A stretch of 63,009 nt of DNA, filler included, from Octopus bimaculoides (Eukaryota): the NCBI RefSeq assembly GCF_001194135.2. It is 6 parts of 5 records of this genome, joined end to end, with 100 filler letters (N's around TTAATTAATTAA, not from the genome) between each part and the next. Parts side by side here need not be neighbours in the genome. Positions count along the whole stretch, not along the records: positions 1 to 21,375 come from NC_068990.1; 5 more parts are not named here. One strand, 5' to 3'. Below the pieces are notes generated by a model. That model was not told where the DNA came from. It did no database searches and saw nothing but the letters and a program-made list of their open reading frames with translations. Each line of letters opens with the position of its first letter. Positions within the stretch are counted from its first letter, which is position 1. The position numbers and the translations under genes were made by a program. Shown here in pieces: positions 1 through 13,482 of this stretch.

Positions 1-591
1 TATATATATATATATATATATATGTATACATGTATATAGATAGATAGATATACGTATGTGTATATGTATTTTTTCGTCTATGTTTGACCACCACCACCGC
101 TTGGTAACCCGTAATTTAGCCGATCGGCAAAGAGAACACGATAGCAGACGTAACCGTACCTATTCACACACAAACACTCATGACTGCATGCTTCAGGTGG
201 TAGACGTAACTAGTTTAATACCAGAACCTGGTTCCTTGGTGTGTTTATATGGGAATCCACTCACTTCTAATATTCTAAGTCATTGAGTATCTTATTCCCA
301 TTCCTCTCATGGCTATATCAAACCCTGAGTACCACCATGCTCGATTCCCCGAAATTTGCTTGTGTTTATGCACGCATGTGCATACACTCGCACGTGTGTA
401 TGTGTATGTGAGTGTGTTTGAGTGTGTGAGTGTGTGTATTATGCGTTTGTATATATTCATGTATGATGTATAAGCATAACTATCTATATAATTATTTGTC
501 TGTCAGCCTGTCTGTCAGCCTGTCTTTCTCTCTCCCCCACTCTCTCTCTATATGTGTCTATATAGATAACGTACATGTAGATATAAATGCA

Positions 592-762
592 TGAGTGGAT
601 GTGTGGTAAAAAGGTTGCTTCCCAACTACATGGTTCCGGGTTCAGTTCCACTGGGTAGCACCTCAGGCAACTAACTGTCTTCTACTATAGCCTCGGGCCG
701 CCCAAAACCTTGTGAGTGGATTTGGTAGCCGGAAGCCCGTCGCATATAATACATACATATAT

Positions 763-839
<77 letters not shown>

Positions 840-1075
840 GATATATATCATATTGTTGTATGTATTTGTGTGTTTGTGCTTGCCCGCCCAGCGTCGCTTG
901 ACAACTGATGTTGGTGTGTTTATGTCCCCGTTACTTAGGGGTTCGGCAAAAGAGACTGATAGAATAAGTACTAGCTTTACAAAGAATAAGTCCTGGAGTC
1001 AATTTGTTCGACTAAAGGCGGTACTCCAGCATGGCCGCAGTTAAATCACTGAAAAAGTAAAAGAATAAAAGAATC
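592..1075 (+). mobile_element. SINE family A, full length, with internal (TACA)n/(CA)n microsatellite
   Basis: tRNA-like head (GTGTGGTAAAAAGG...GGTTCAGTTCC), body CTATAGCCTCGGGCCG...TTGTGAGTGGATTTGGTAG, microsatellite, then 3' part ...CTCCAGCATGGCCGCAG...GTAAAAGAATAAAAGA. Same layout recurs at 2366, 7535, 37370, 43795, 44316 and 52941. Confidence 0.85.
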
Positions 1076-2365
1076 AAAGAATATATATATATGATTTTTT
1101 TTTTAGAAAAACAAAGAAAAAAAGTTTGGTACGCCATAAAGATACCCTTTATGGCGAGAAACCCAGGGTACCCCTATAAACAGGCCTTCACCTATAATAT
1201 ATATATATATATATANNNNNNNNNNNNNNNNNNNNNNNNNNNNNNNNNNNNNNNNNNNNNNNNNNNNNNNNNNNNNNNNNNNNNNNNNNNNNNNNNNNNN
1301 NNNNNNNNNNNNNNNNNNNNNNNNNNNNNNNNNNNNNNNNNNNNNNNNNNNNNNNNNNNNNNNNNNNNNNNNNNNNNNNNNNNNNNNNNNNNNNNNNNNN
1401 NNNNNNNNNNNNNNNNNNNNNNNNNNNNNNNNNNNNNNNNNNNNNNNNNNNNNNNNNNNNNNNNNNNNNNNNNNNNNNNNNNNNNNNNNNNNNNNNNNNN
1501 NNNNNNNNNNNNNNNNNNNNNNNNNNNNNNNNNNNNNNNNNNNNNNNNNNNNNNNNNNNNNNNNNNNNNNNNNNNNNNNNNNNNNNNNNNNNNNNNNNNN
1601 NNNNNNNNNNNNNNNNNNNNNNNNNNNNNNNNNNNNNNNNNNNNNNNNNNNNNNNNNNNNNNNNNNNNNNNNNNNNNNNNNNNNNNNNNNNNNNNNNNNN
1701 NNNNNNNNNNNNNNNNNNNNNNNNNNNNNNNNNNNNNNNNNNNNNNNNNNNNNNNNNNNNNNNNNNNNNNNNTATATATAGACACATATATATATATATA
1801 TATAAACACTCACACAAACATACACATAAATACAACACACATACAAACACACAGACGTATACCCTACGTGCTTGCATAATATGCGAAGACATATGTAGAC
1901 ATACACGCATTTACAATCGCACGCACTGACTCATATATTCGGTGAAAATAATGCAGACGAGGGTAACAAACGTTTAATTTTTAATAACACAAGATAATAT
2001 ATATACATCTAATATTTATATTGTTGGCCGGAATAGTAGTTATCATTTAGGAGCTATACATCTAGTGGTCAACAATATGCAGACGTATATAAGAGTGTTG
2101 TTGTTTAACCATGGGTCTTCCCTGGTCGAGCAAATATATGATTTCAACAATGGCCTTCCTCTCTGTTATATTCAGACATTTCGTATCTATCATGTTATCG
2201 AAAATGAACAGTTGTGAAACAGTTGAGTGTGACTTGGGGGGACATTCAGCTGCTATTTCTAGCGGGTCCAGTATGTAGATGCTTTCTTGTTCACCCATAT
2301 GCATGTGACCGTTTTCGTCGCCGTCGTCGTAGTCGTCGATGTCACGTTGTTTTTCTTTTTATCTT

Positions 2366-2622
2366 TGTCTTTTACTTCTTTCAGTGATTACACTGCGGCC
2401 ATGCTGGGGCACCGCCTTGAAAAATGTAAGACGAACGAATCGACGCCAGTAGTTATTTTAATTTAAGCTTAGCACTTATTCTATCGGGCTCTTGTTGCCA
2501 AACCTCTTTTGTTTCAGGGACGTAAACATACTAAGACCGGTCGTCAAGCGATGGTAGGGAACAAACACAACAAACACAAAGAAAAACACACACGCACACA
2601 TACGCACACATACATACATACA

Positions 2623-2656
<34 letters not shown>

Positions 2657-2722
2657 CTTACACATATATATATATATACATATTATATANNNNNNNNNNA
2701 TATTATATATATATATATATAT

Positions 2723-2783
<61 letters not shown>

Positions 2784-2935
2784 TATGTATGGCGGTATAA
2801 TTTCAGTTTCCGTCTATCAAATCTACTTAGATGGCTTTGGTTGGCCCGAGGCTATAGTAGCAGACGCTTGCCTAAGGTGCCAAGCAGTGGGACTGAATCC
2901 GGAACCATGTGACTGCGTAGCAAACTTCATACTAT
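2366..2935 (-). mobile_element. SINE family A, full length, internal microsatellite with small gap
   Basis: Reverse complement of the A tail at 2366-2420 (CACTGCGGCCATGCTGGGGCACCGCC) and of the A head at 2800-2935 (GGCCCGAGGCTATAGTAG...GGGACTGAATCCGGAACCATGTG). Confidence 0.85.
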
Positions 2936-3166
2936 GTATATTTATTTACCTATTTATTTATTTGCCTCCAGCACCGTCCCGATCGAGCAGCTGCTTGATA
3001 ATTTTATCCGTGACCATCCTGTCTATTTTCGAAATGAAACATATATATATATATATACACGCACAAACATCTATTTACTGCCAGATACTTACACTCATAC
3101 ACACACATACTCATACATAGAAAGTACACACTATCATGTGTATAAATATGTGAATATTTTTGCAGA

Positions 3167-3202
<36 letters not shown>

Positions 3203-3252
3203 CATATATATACATGTATAATATATATATATATGTATATATAAACATATAC

Positions 3253-3359
<107 letters not shown>

Positions 3360-3586
3360 TGTATGTATATATATACATACTTTATCCTATATATTCCTTC
3401 ATGTGTCTATATTACATGTATGTATATTTATACAAACGCATAGCGATACATATATATATACAATGTATATTATGTTTGTACATGTGCGTGTGTATGAATC
3501 TTTGTGTTTGTAGCGTACGCGAGTGGCGCATGTGTGTAGGGAGTCGTTTACGTATATACACACACGAACACGCATTTACGCATGTC

Positions 3587-3628
<42 letters not shown>

Positions 3629-4125
3629 AGGCATGTGTATATATACTCGCATATACATAGAGACTAGGAGCTGATATATAATATCATCACTCATATACAC
3701 GTATAGAGATATCAGCAAGTACACACGTATCTATTGTCAGTGACACGCAAAAACAACTACAAAGATATCAGCAAATATACATATATACATTACACATGTG
3801 TGTGTGTGTTTTTAAAGATATATAGAACTTTACCATAATTACACTCAATCAGAGTGTTTCTATTAATCTGCGTATAATAATCGAGATATGAGCATATTTA
3901 TGTATAAGTGTGTATGTGTGTGCGTACACACATATGAATATATACATACATACATTCAGACTCTCTCTCTCTCTCCACACATGCACACACACACACACGT
4001 GCACAGAAGCATATACACACGCATGTGTGTGAGTGTGTGTGTGTGTAAGAATGTATTTACACTAGTACTCATTCACAGTTATACATACTTATAGACATAT
4101 ATACATATACGTGTATATTCTGCTT

Positions 4126-4275
4126 TGGTGGCCCAGTAGGTAAGGGTGTTTAAAAGTAGTAACAAGACACAAGCAGAGGTTTCTAATCTCTGCCAGGAAT
4201 TACAGGGTGGTCTTATTAAACACTTACACGGCAGTGCATCAGGATGGCCGCAGCTCTAAGCTGAAACTATAAAAG
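4126..4275 (+). mobile_element. Short SINE-like element with A-type 3' tail variant
   Basis: A-box-like TGGCCCAGTAGG at the start. End GGCAGTGCATCAGGATGGCCGCAGCTCTAAGCTGAAACTATAAAAG parallels the family A tail. Confidence 0.5.
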
Positions 4276-5145
4276 ATATATATANNNNNNNNNNNNNNNN
4301 NNNNNNNNNNNNNNNNNNNNNNNNNNNNNNNNNNNNNNNNNNNNNNNNNNNNNNNNNNNNNNNNNNNNNNNNNNNNNNNNNNNNNNNNNNNNNNNNNNNN
4401 NNNNNNNNNNNNNNNNNNNNNNNNNNNNNNNNNNNNNNNNNNNNNNNNNNNNNNNNNNNNNNNNNNNNNNNNNNNNNNNNNNNNNNNNNNNNNNNNNNNN
4501 NNNNNNNNNNNNNNNNNNNNNNNNNNNNNNNNNNNNNNNNNNNNNNNNNNNNNNNNNNNNNNNNNNNNNNNNNNNNNNNNNNNNNNNNNNNNNNNNNNNN
4601 NNNNNNNNNNNNNNNNNNNNNNNNNNNNNNNNNNNNNNNNNNNNNNNNNNNNNNNNNNNNNNNNNNNNNNNNNNNNNNNNNNNNNNNNNNNNNNNNNNNN
4701 NNNNNNNNNNNNNNNNNNNNNNNNNNNNNNNNNNNNNNNNNNNNNNNNNNNNNNNNNNNNNNNNNNNNNNNNNNNNNNNNNNNNNNNNNNNNNNNNNNNN
4801 NNNNNNNNNNNNNNNNNNNNNNNNNNNNNNNNNNNNNNNNNNNNNNNNNNNNNNNNNNNNNNNNNNNNNNNNNNNNNNNNNNNNNNNNNNNNNNNNNNNN
4901 NNNNNNNNNNNNNNNNNNNNNNNNNNNNNNNNATTGCTATTTTTCTCAACAATGCGAAACCGCAAAAGAAAACAAAAACAAAAACAAAAGAAAAAAGAGA
5001 ACTAAACAAGGAGAAGGTAACAAAAAAAAAAAAATGGTATCTGCAGATAAGAGAGGTTCAATATTCGACATATTTCATAAGCTCTGTTATATCTTATATA
5101 CACTCACTCCTCAACATCATTCTTTCGGTAAGGCAAGCCACTCTA

Positions 5146-5197
<52 letters not shown>

Positions 5198-5202
5198 AAT
5201 CA

Positions 5203-5517
<315 letters not shown>

Positions 5518-5974
5518 CGCACACACATAATTCTTGGCTATTTGTATACAACAGTACTGTTCCGTACTTTCCAAATGGCCCACGACAGGCTCGTTTTCTC
5601 TGAAAGCGAGACTCGTATGGGAGATTCTGTTCCGCGCTGAATTTCGCCAAAGCTTGTTTACATCTTCAGTACGATGAAAGATATACACACACGCGCACAC
5701 ACACAGACAGACACGCACGCACGCACACACAGACGCACACACTCACACAGAAATACGCGCACACATGCTCATACACAAAAAGAGAAACGAAGACAAAAAT
5801 ACGGGAACATACACTGAAGCATGAGACGCCGGCCTATTTATTATTCTATGTATGTATATGTATATGTGTGTGTTGTGTGTGTATAAATATACATACACAC
5901 ACAAACACACGCACGCGTGCACGCGCGCGCTTTCACGTGCGCAAACATATTTTGACGATTTCCATGAATCAAAT

Positions 5975-6090
5975 CCCTACCACAAAACGTTGGCTAAAGG
6001 GTGTTCTTGTCGAAAAATATTTGCTCACGGTACCGGACTGTGAGATCGAACCCGGACCCTCGTTGTTGCGAATACTAACCACACAACCAC
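5975..6090 (-). mobile_element. SINE family A 5' fragment (degenerate)
   Basis: TTTGCTCACGGTACC...GAGATCGAACCCGGACC...TAACCACACAACCAC resembles the reverse-complemented A head. Confidence 0.45.
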
Positions 6091-7239
6091 GGGAGGTTAC
6101 ATGTATGTATGTATGTATGTATGTATGTATGTATGTATGTTTATATATATGTATGTATGTATGTATGAAATTTATGTAGGTACCTATATATATATATATG
6201 TATGCGTATGTATGAATATATGTATGTATATTCGTAAGTATATAGATATATATGTATGTAAATATATATTGATATATGTTTGTTTTATAGATTTATATGT
6301 ATGGATATGAATATGTATATGTGTATATATATGTATATATGTGTGTGTTGCGAGTGTATATAAGTGTAGGCATATGTGTCTTTTTGTGANNNNNNNNNNN
6401 NNNNNNNNNNNNNNNNNNNNNNNNNNNNNNNNNNNNNNNNNNNNNNNNNNNNNNNNNNNNNNNNNNNNNNNNNNNNNNNNNNNNNNNNNNNNNNNNNNNN
6501 NNNNNNNNNNNNNNNNNNNNNNNNNNNNNNNNNNNNNNNNNNNNNNNNNNNNNNNNNNNNNNNNNNNNNNNNNNNNNNNNNNNNNNNNNNNNNNNNNNNN
6601 NNNNNNNNNNNNNNNNNNNNNNNNNNNNNNNNNNNNNNNNNNNNNNNNNNNNNNNNNNNNNNNNNNNNNNNNNNNNNNNNNNNNNNNNNNNNNNNNNNNN
6701 NNNNNNNNNNNNNNNNNNNNNNNNNNNNNNNNNNNNNNNNNNNNNNNNNNNNNNNNNNNNNNNNNNNNNNNNNNNNNNNNNNNNNNNNNNNNNNNNNNNN
6801 NNNNNNNNNNNNNNNNNNNNNNNNNNNNNNNNNNNNNNNNNNNNNNNNNNNNNNNNNNNNNNNNNNNNNNNNNNNNNNNNNNNNNNNNNNNNNNNNNNNN
6901 NNNNNNNNNNNNNNNNNNNNNNNNNNNNNNNNNNNNNNNNNNNNNNNNNNNNNNNNNNNNNNNNNNNNNNNNNNNNNNNNNNNNNNNNNNNNNNNNNNNN
7001 NNNNNNNNNNNNNNNNNNNNNNNNNNNNNNNNNNNNNNNNNNNNNNNNNNNNNNNNNNNNNNNNNNNNNNNNNNNNNNNNNNNNNNNNNNNNNNNNNNNN
7101 NNNNNNNNNNNNNNNNNNNNNNNNNNNNNNNNNNNNNNNNNNNNNNNNNNNNNNNNNNNNNNNNNNNNNNNNNNNNNNNNNNNNNNNNNNNNNNNNNNNN
7201 NNNNNNNNNNNNNNNNNNNNNNNNNNNNNNNNNNNNNNN

Positions 7240-7277
<38 letters not shown>

Positions 7278-7500
7278 CATATGCATACATATATATATAT
7301 ATATATACGTATATATATATTTATCCATATTTGCCGGGATTCTATTAGTTTGTGCAACGTTGCATTCAGGCACCTGGTCCGGTTTGCGCACTAATTGTCA
7401 GTATGTATGATACATTTTTTTAATGTATTCTTACATATTATATACATACATGCATGCATACATACATACATACATAAATACATACATGCATACATATATC

Positions 7501-7531
<31 letters not shown>

Positions 7532-7534
7532 GCA

Positions 7535-7893
7535 TGAGTCGTGACTGTGTAGTAAGAAGTGGTTGCTTCCCAACCACATGGTTCCGAGTTCAGTCCAACT
7601 GCATGGTACGTAGGGCAAGTGTCTTCTATAATAGCCTCGGGCCAACCACAGCCTTCTGAGTGGATTGGGTAGACAGAATCTGAAAGAAGCCCGTCCTATA
7701 TATGTATAAATATGTATCTATGTGCGTGTGTCTTTGTGTTTGCCGGTGTGTCTACATCCCTGTAACATTAGCGGTTCGGCAAAAGGGAAGGATAAAATAA
7801 GTACTAAGTCTTGGGGTCGATTGCCCGTCTAAAACCTTTCGATATGGTGTTCCGGCATGGCCGCAGTCAAATTACCGAAAGAGTTAAAGAATA
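7535..7893 (+). mobile_element. SINE family A, full length
   Basis: Head GTGTAGTAAGAAGTGGTTGCTTCCCAACCACATGGTTCCGAGTTCAGTCC, short microsatellite, tail TCCGGCATGGCCGCAGTCAAATTACCGAAA. Confidence 0.85.
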
Positions 7894-7898
7894 CAATA

Positions 7899-8065
7899 GG
7901 TGCACAAGTGGTTGAGTGGTAAGTAGCTTCCTTACAAACCACATGGTTCCGGGTTCAGTCCCACTGCGTCTCGCCTCGGGCAAGCGTCTTCTACTATAGT
8001 CTCGGGCCGACGAAAGCTTTATGAACGTATTTGATAGCCGGAAAATGAAAGAAACCCGTCGTATA
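7899..8065 (+). mobile_element. SINE family A 5' half, directly behind the previous copy and running into a microsatellite and gap
   Basis: A-box TGGTTGAGTGG, B-box GGTTCAGTCCC, body CTATAGTCTCGGGCCGA...GAAACCCGTCG. Confidence 0.8.
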
Positions 8066-8090
8066 TATATCTATCTATCTATCGATATAT

Positions 8091-8153
<63 letters not shown>

Positions 8154-9333
8154 NNNNNNNNNNNNNNNNNNNNNNNNNNNNNNNNNNNNNNNNNNNNNNN
8201 NNNNNNNNNNNNNNNNNNNNNNNNNNNNNNNNNNNNNNNNNNNNNNNNNNNNNNNNNNNNNNNNNNNNNNNNNNNNNNNNNNNNNNNNNNNNNNNNNNNN
8301 NNNNNNNNNNNNNNNNNNNNNNNNNNNNNNNNNNNNNNNNNNNNNNNNNNNNNNNNNNNNNNNNNNNNNNNNNNNNNNNNNNNNNNNNNNNNNNNNNNNN
8401 NNNNNNNNNNNNNNNNNNNNNNNNNNNNNNNNNNNNNNNNNNNNNNNNNNNNNNNNNNNNNNNNNNNNNNNNNNNNNNNNNNNNNNNNNNNNNNNNNNNN
8501 NNNNNNNNNNNNNNNNNNNNNNNNNNNNNNNNNNNNNNNNNNNNNNNNNNNNNNNNNNNNNNNNNNNNNNNNNNNNNNNNNNNNNNNNNNNNNNNNNNNN
8601 NNNNNNNNNNNNNNNNNNNNNNNNNNNNNNNNNNNNNNNNNNNNNNNNNNNNNNNNNNNNNNNNNNNNNNNNNNNNNNNNNNNNNNNNNNNNNNNNNNNN
8701 NNNNNNNNNNNNNNNNNNNNNNNNNNNNNNNNNNNNNNNNNNNNNNNNNNNNNNNNNNNNNNNNNNNNNNNNNNNNNNNNNNNNNNNNNNNNNNNNNNNN
8801 NNNNNNNNNNNNNNNNNNNNNNNNNNNNNNNNNNNNNNNNNNNNNNNNNNNNNNNNNNNNNNNNNNNNNNNNNNNNNNNNNNNNNNNNNNNNNNNNNNNN
8901 NNNNNNNNNNNNNNNNNNNNNNNNNNNNNNNNNNNNNNNNNNNNNNNNNNNNNNNNNNNNNNNNNNNNNNNNNNNNNNNNNNNNNNNNNNNNNNNNNNNN
9001 NNNNNNNNNNNNNNNNNNNNNNNNNNNNNNNNNNNNNNNNNNNNNNNNNNNNNNNNNNNNNNNNNNNNNNNNNNNNNNNNNNNNNNNNNNNNNNNNNNNN
9101 NNNNNNNNNNNNNNNNATATATATATATATATATATACATGTACATATGTACTCACACACACACATATGTTCGACCTGGTTGTGTAGGCATGTAAGGGCG
9201 AATCATCGCACTTATTGGTAAAATGTTGGTAGCACTGCTCCAGCATGGCTGTAGTGGTGAGGGAAAACGCAAACAGAACTCTAGACGAGTATAACGGTTG
9301 TCGTTCGTTCCCAAACATATACCAATTGTACAG

Positions 9334-9434
9334 GCTGCGAAACTGCTGCTATATCCAGCACGCTGCCAGACCGTTTTGTGTCCTCCCTGTGCACAGCCAT
9401 CCTCATGATAGCCATATCTGTATACATCCCATGC
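9334..9434 (+). CDS. Candidate isolated internal exon of an unidentified, possibly membrane, protein
   Basis: Non-repetitive island of about 50% GC bounded by TACAG| and |GTATGT. One frame is open across all 101 nt (phase 1 to 0): xCETAAISSTLPDRFVSSLCTAILMIAISVYIPC. No family recognised, and two minus-strand frames are also open. Confidence 0.35.
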
Positions 9435-9633
9435 GTATGTACATACCTGCATGTAGATGTGTATGTGTGTGTGTGTGTGTGTGTGCATGCGTGCGTGTGT
9501 GTGTGTATGTATGCGTGCATATAAGTGTATCTGTCTGTATTGATGCATTTTATGTAAGTTTAAATCACGTACTAGTCCGTATGTACTTATACATAAAACG
9601 TATATTATATATATATTAGATAAATGTTTAATA

Positions 9634-9702
<69 letters not shown>

Positions 9703-10261
9703 AATACACGCATACATATAAATATATATATATATACATTCCTAATAAACATTGCTATATGTTGTATAAATAAGTACATACAGACGTATGTATGTAAGTA
9801 TGTGTATGTGTTTCTGTATTTTTATATATGTATATGTATTCATATATTTTTATATATGCCGCAGAGAAAATTTATACAAATGGATAGACGTTTATCTGCT
9901 TTTCATCTATTTATCTTATATATCTACCTATTTGAGTGTCGGTGTGCATATACTCATACAGTCTTATACGTTCATAAGTACATATGCACGCAATTTTTTG
10001 TGTACACACATGTATGGATGCATGGATATATGTATATATGTATAATATATATGTACGTATATATATACTGATATATGGAGTATGTATGTATGTATGTATG
10101 TATGCGCGCGCATATATATATATGTATCTATGAAGTATGTATATATGTTTGTAAATGTGCATAAATATATAAATGGTTACAGAAAATGTATACGTATATA
10201 TATATATATGTATATGTGTGAGTGTGTGTATGTATATGTATGTATATATGTATATATATAT

Positions 10262-10307
10262 TTATATATAGGCGCAGGTATGGCTGTGTGCGAAAAAATA
10301 TACATGA

Positions 10308-10339
<32 letters not shown>

Positions 10340-10548
10340 TGCGCGCTCGCGCGCGCGCGTGTTTGTGTGTCTTTGTGCCTGTGATTGTGCGCAGCCCGCG
10401 CTTGGCAGCAGCGCCTAGTTGCTTACCTTCCCGTAATCCAACGGTTCGGCAAAAGGGACGGGTAGAGAAAGAACCAGTCATCGACTAAAAATTCCTTCAA
10501 GGTGGTGCTCCAGCATGGCCACAATGTAATGACTGAAACAGATAAAAG

Positions 10549-10550
<2 letters not shown>
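10262..10550 (+). mobile_element. SINE family A, internally deleted/diverged
   Basis: Start GGCGCAGGTATGGCTGTGTG, microsatellite, then ACGGTTCGGCAAAAGGGAC...GGTGGTGCTCCAGCATGGCCACAATGTAATGACTGAAACA. Confidence 0.7.
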
Positions 10551-10594
<44 letters not shown>

Positions 10595-10747
10595 CTCTAT
10601 CTATCTATCTATATGTCACTGTGTAGCATGAATTTCGCTTCCCAAGTGCATAGTTCCAACTCTTGTCACTACATGTCACTACTGCAACCCTGGGCCGATC
10701 AATGCATTGTGACTAGTTTTTGTAGACGGAAACTGAGTGAAGCGCAT

Positions 10748-10860
<113 letters not shown>

Positions 10861-11339
10861 ATTTATATACTAATATGTATGCATATATATATATATATAT
10901 ATACACATAATGTACATGTATATATAAATATATATACATATATATATGTAGGTATGTATATATAATATATATGTATATATATATATGTATTTGTGTGTGT
11001 GTGTGTGTACACACACATATATATATATGTATCACACACAGACACACACAGACATATATATTATTTATATGGCTATTCAAGCATATTTTTGTATTATGCA
11101 CATTCAGAACAACCCTCTGTCTCTTCCTCTCTATCTCTATCAATTAATTAATCTCTCTCTCTCTTTCTCTCTCTGTATATGTGCACACAAGAGTTTTTGA
11201 TACCAAACCATATGGCCTTGTTTTCTGTCTGTCCGTACGACACCTTGGGCCTCTGGGCCGATGTAATACTTTGATTAACTTTTTACCTATTTCTCTCTAT
11301 TAATGTACTTATTAACTGCTTCTGCCTTTTTAAACTAAG

Positions 11340-11760
11340 TGACCCAAGTCCTACTCTTGATTTTTCCTCCACCACCTCCTGCTACACCACTCAAGCTGCC
11401 CCTTCCATTTTCCGTTTGCTTTCGAATTTGAGACTCAGTCTCAATGCTTGGCCAGAGGTATCCATGACTTTATTTGCTATGGATATCCCTCTACTTATGT
11501 ACAAGCTGCCATAACCCATGTTCGTTAAATTAGCCGAACTTCCTTTTCTTGCTCAGACCCCGTTGTCACACCTGTCTATCCATTGATAAAATCACCTCCC
11601 TCACAGGACCTAGGTACCTCACGATATACATCTTTAACACTTTGGCTCATCCGCAAACTCCAGACTTTGCAAAGAAACAAGGATTCATTTTTCCTCTTCG
11701 AATGCACACGCCGTTCGGTCTAAACTCACCACCCAGTTTCATGCAGCTGCTTCCCCATAC
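11340..11760 (+). pseudogene. Penelope-like retroelement coding remnant (RT C-terminal/linker region)
   Basis: From 11427 one frame reads FETQSQCLARGIHDFICYGYPSTYVQAAITHVR*ISRTS, resembling the F....F..RGYP...I..A...R motif of the Penelope RT thumb. Contains stops and frameshifts. A pLTR-like repeat follows at 12440. Confidence 0.55.
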
Positions 11761-12439
11761 TACGCGTCTCCTACGCACAAACACACATGCCTACTTACGC
11801 ACACATCCAGCATACCCACCACACGCACCGTCACGCACACACATGTTCATGTGCACACATACACTCATACACAATCACACGCCAGCTCATACTTACACAA
11901 ACACTGCCATCTCCAGCCACCCAACAGCCACATACTCAAACACGCATACGCACATATACGCACTGCTCGTACCTTTCTGGTACAAACGCACATACGCATA
12001 TGCATAACACACAAACATCTATATCGTTAAATGCACGCACGCACACACACGCACTCGCCGCGCGCGTACATATCCACCTACGAACAAGTACCAGGTTCAT
12101 CCCTAGTACTATCGTTTCTCTTTCTCAACCTCCTTCTCAGTGATTCCGCCTCTTTACTTTATCAAATCCTGTCTCTATTTAATCTCATTCTTTCCCTGTC
12201 TTTTTTCACCCTCTATTTCTTCTTCTTCTGTATGTATACATTCATAACATACATACATTTATACGGATACACAACAAACATACTTACATGCACACACATA
12301 CATGAATGCACATTAACCTAAGCACAGCGGCGTATCCTCTCACAGGCACAAACCCTACACTCAGACACATAAACATGCACGAATTATATGATTAATTATA
12401 TACACATTGAAATATATATTGATATGGGAATGATAGATC

Positions 12440-12609
12440 GATAGCCTTTAAATCTTTTTCTATTTTCTCTCCCTGTTTATTTCTGTGTTCCTTTCTGTCG
12501 AAGAGCGTAGGCTCGAAGCGTAAAAGACTTTCTCTCTTCCCGAGCGTTAAACTAATACATCTGTTTGTTGTTTACACACCCGTCATCGTCTATTTTTTTT
12601 TGTAAATTC

Positions 12610-12625
<16 letters not shown>
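12440..12625 (+). mobile_element. Penelope-type terminal repeat (pLTR-like) containing a hammerhead-like motif
   Basis: Pyrimidine-rich repeat with CTTT CTGTCGA A GAGC GTAG GCTC GAA GCGT A AAAG at 12491-12526, downstream of the Penelope-like coding remnant. Confidence 0.55.
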
Positions 12626-12669
<44 letters not shown>

Positions 12670-12719
12670 TCAATTTATACGTGCATGCATGTAGAGATAT
12701 ACATGTGCACACAAACACA

Positions 12720-12797
12720 GAAACAACACAATGACGGACACAATGCCGCCAAGCATTTTGTCCTGCGTGCTATCGATTCTGCCTGCTTGACGCCTTT
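12720..12797 (-). mobile_element. SINE family B head fragment
   Basis: AATGCCGCCAAGCATTTTGTCCTGCGTGCTATCGATTCTGCCTGCTTGACGCCTT is the reverse complement of a diverged B head. Confidence 0.65.
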
Positions 12798-13139
12798 GTC
12801 AACCCAATAATGTCGACTGTTAATATTCCTTGGACTTTTTTTTGTTTGTGTATCTCATTTTGAATTTTGTAGTTGATTTACTTTACATACACACGCACAC
12901 GCGCGCACATGCACACTAATAATCAGACAGACGCTCACACAAGTACACACACTTGTAAGGGAATCTTAAGGAAGAATTATTTTGCATAGGTACAAGAGTC
13001 CTGTTTGCTGGAGTTAATTTAGGTCAACTGCTGCACTGATGATGCCAAATGAGACCGAACACATATCAGTAATATACAAATTTAAACCTCTAGTGTTTTT
13101 GGTTAACTTATATATGCAAGATGCTCTTATCTTGTAATG

Positions 13140-13482
13140 CAGTGTTTCTCAACCGTTTTACCTTTACGTAACCCTTAAAATAAATTACATGACTCAAGGA
13201 ACTCCAGCACAAAAAAGAAATTGTATACTATATCTTACTCATATGTTCTCATCGTAGTTCACGTGGTAAATATTACATATATATATGGTTGTTATATGTT
13301 TTTGATAACATAATAGGTTAGATAGGATGATGTCTATATTACAATATTACATTAACCAATAATATGCTGAGCATGTATCGTAATATTACGATCATACGAT
13401 CATGAAATTAGCCTTAGCTCATCTCACTCTTTCTCGCGGAACCCCTAGGAACCTTTGGCGGAACCCCGGTTGAGAAACGCTG
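13140..13482. mobile_element. hAT (Charlie-like) MITE
   Basis: TIRs CAGTGTTTCTCAACC and GGTTGAGAAACGCTG (14/15 match). 8-bp flanks TTGTAATG (13132-13139) and TTCTAATG (13483-13490) match 7/8, the hAT TSD length. Confidence 0.85.

Noticed and set aside
2062-2304. 80-aa minus-strand ORF (MHMGEQ...IVDH)
   Set aside because: Part of it (2222-2275) resembles a dispersed repeat also seen near 16230-16262 (TTTGGCT(G/C)CTATTTCTAGC). No recognisable domain or convincing splice pair.
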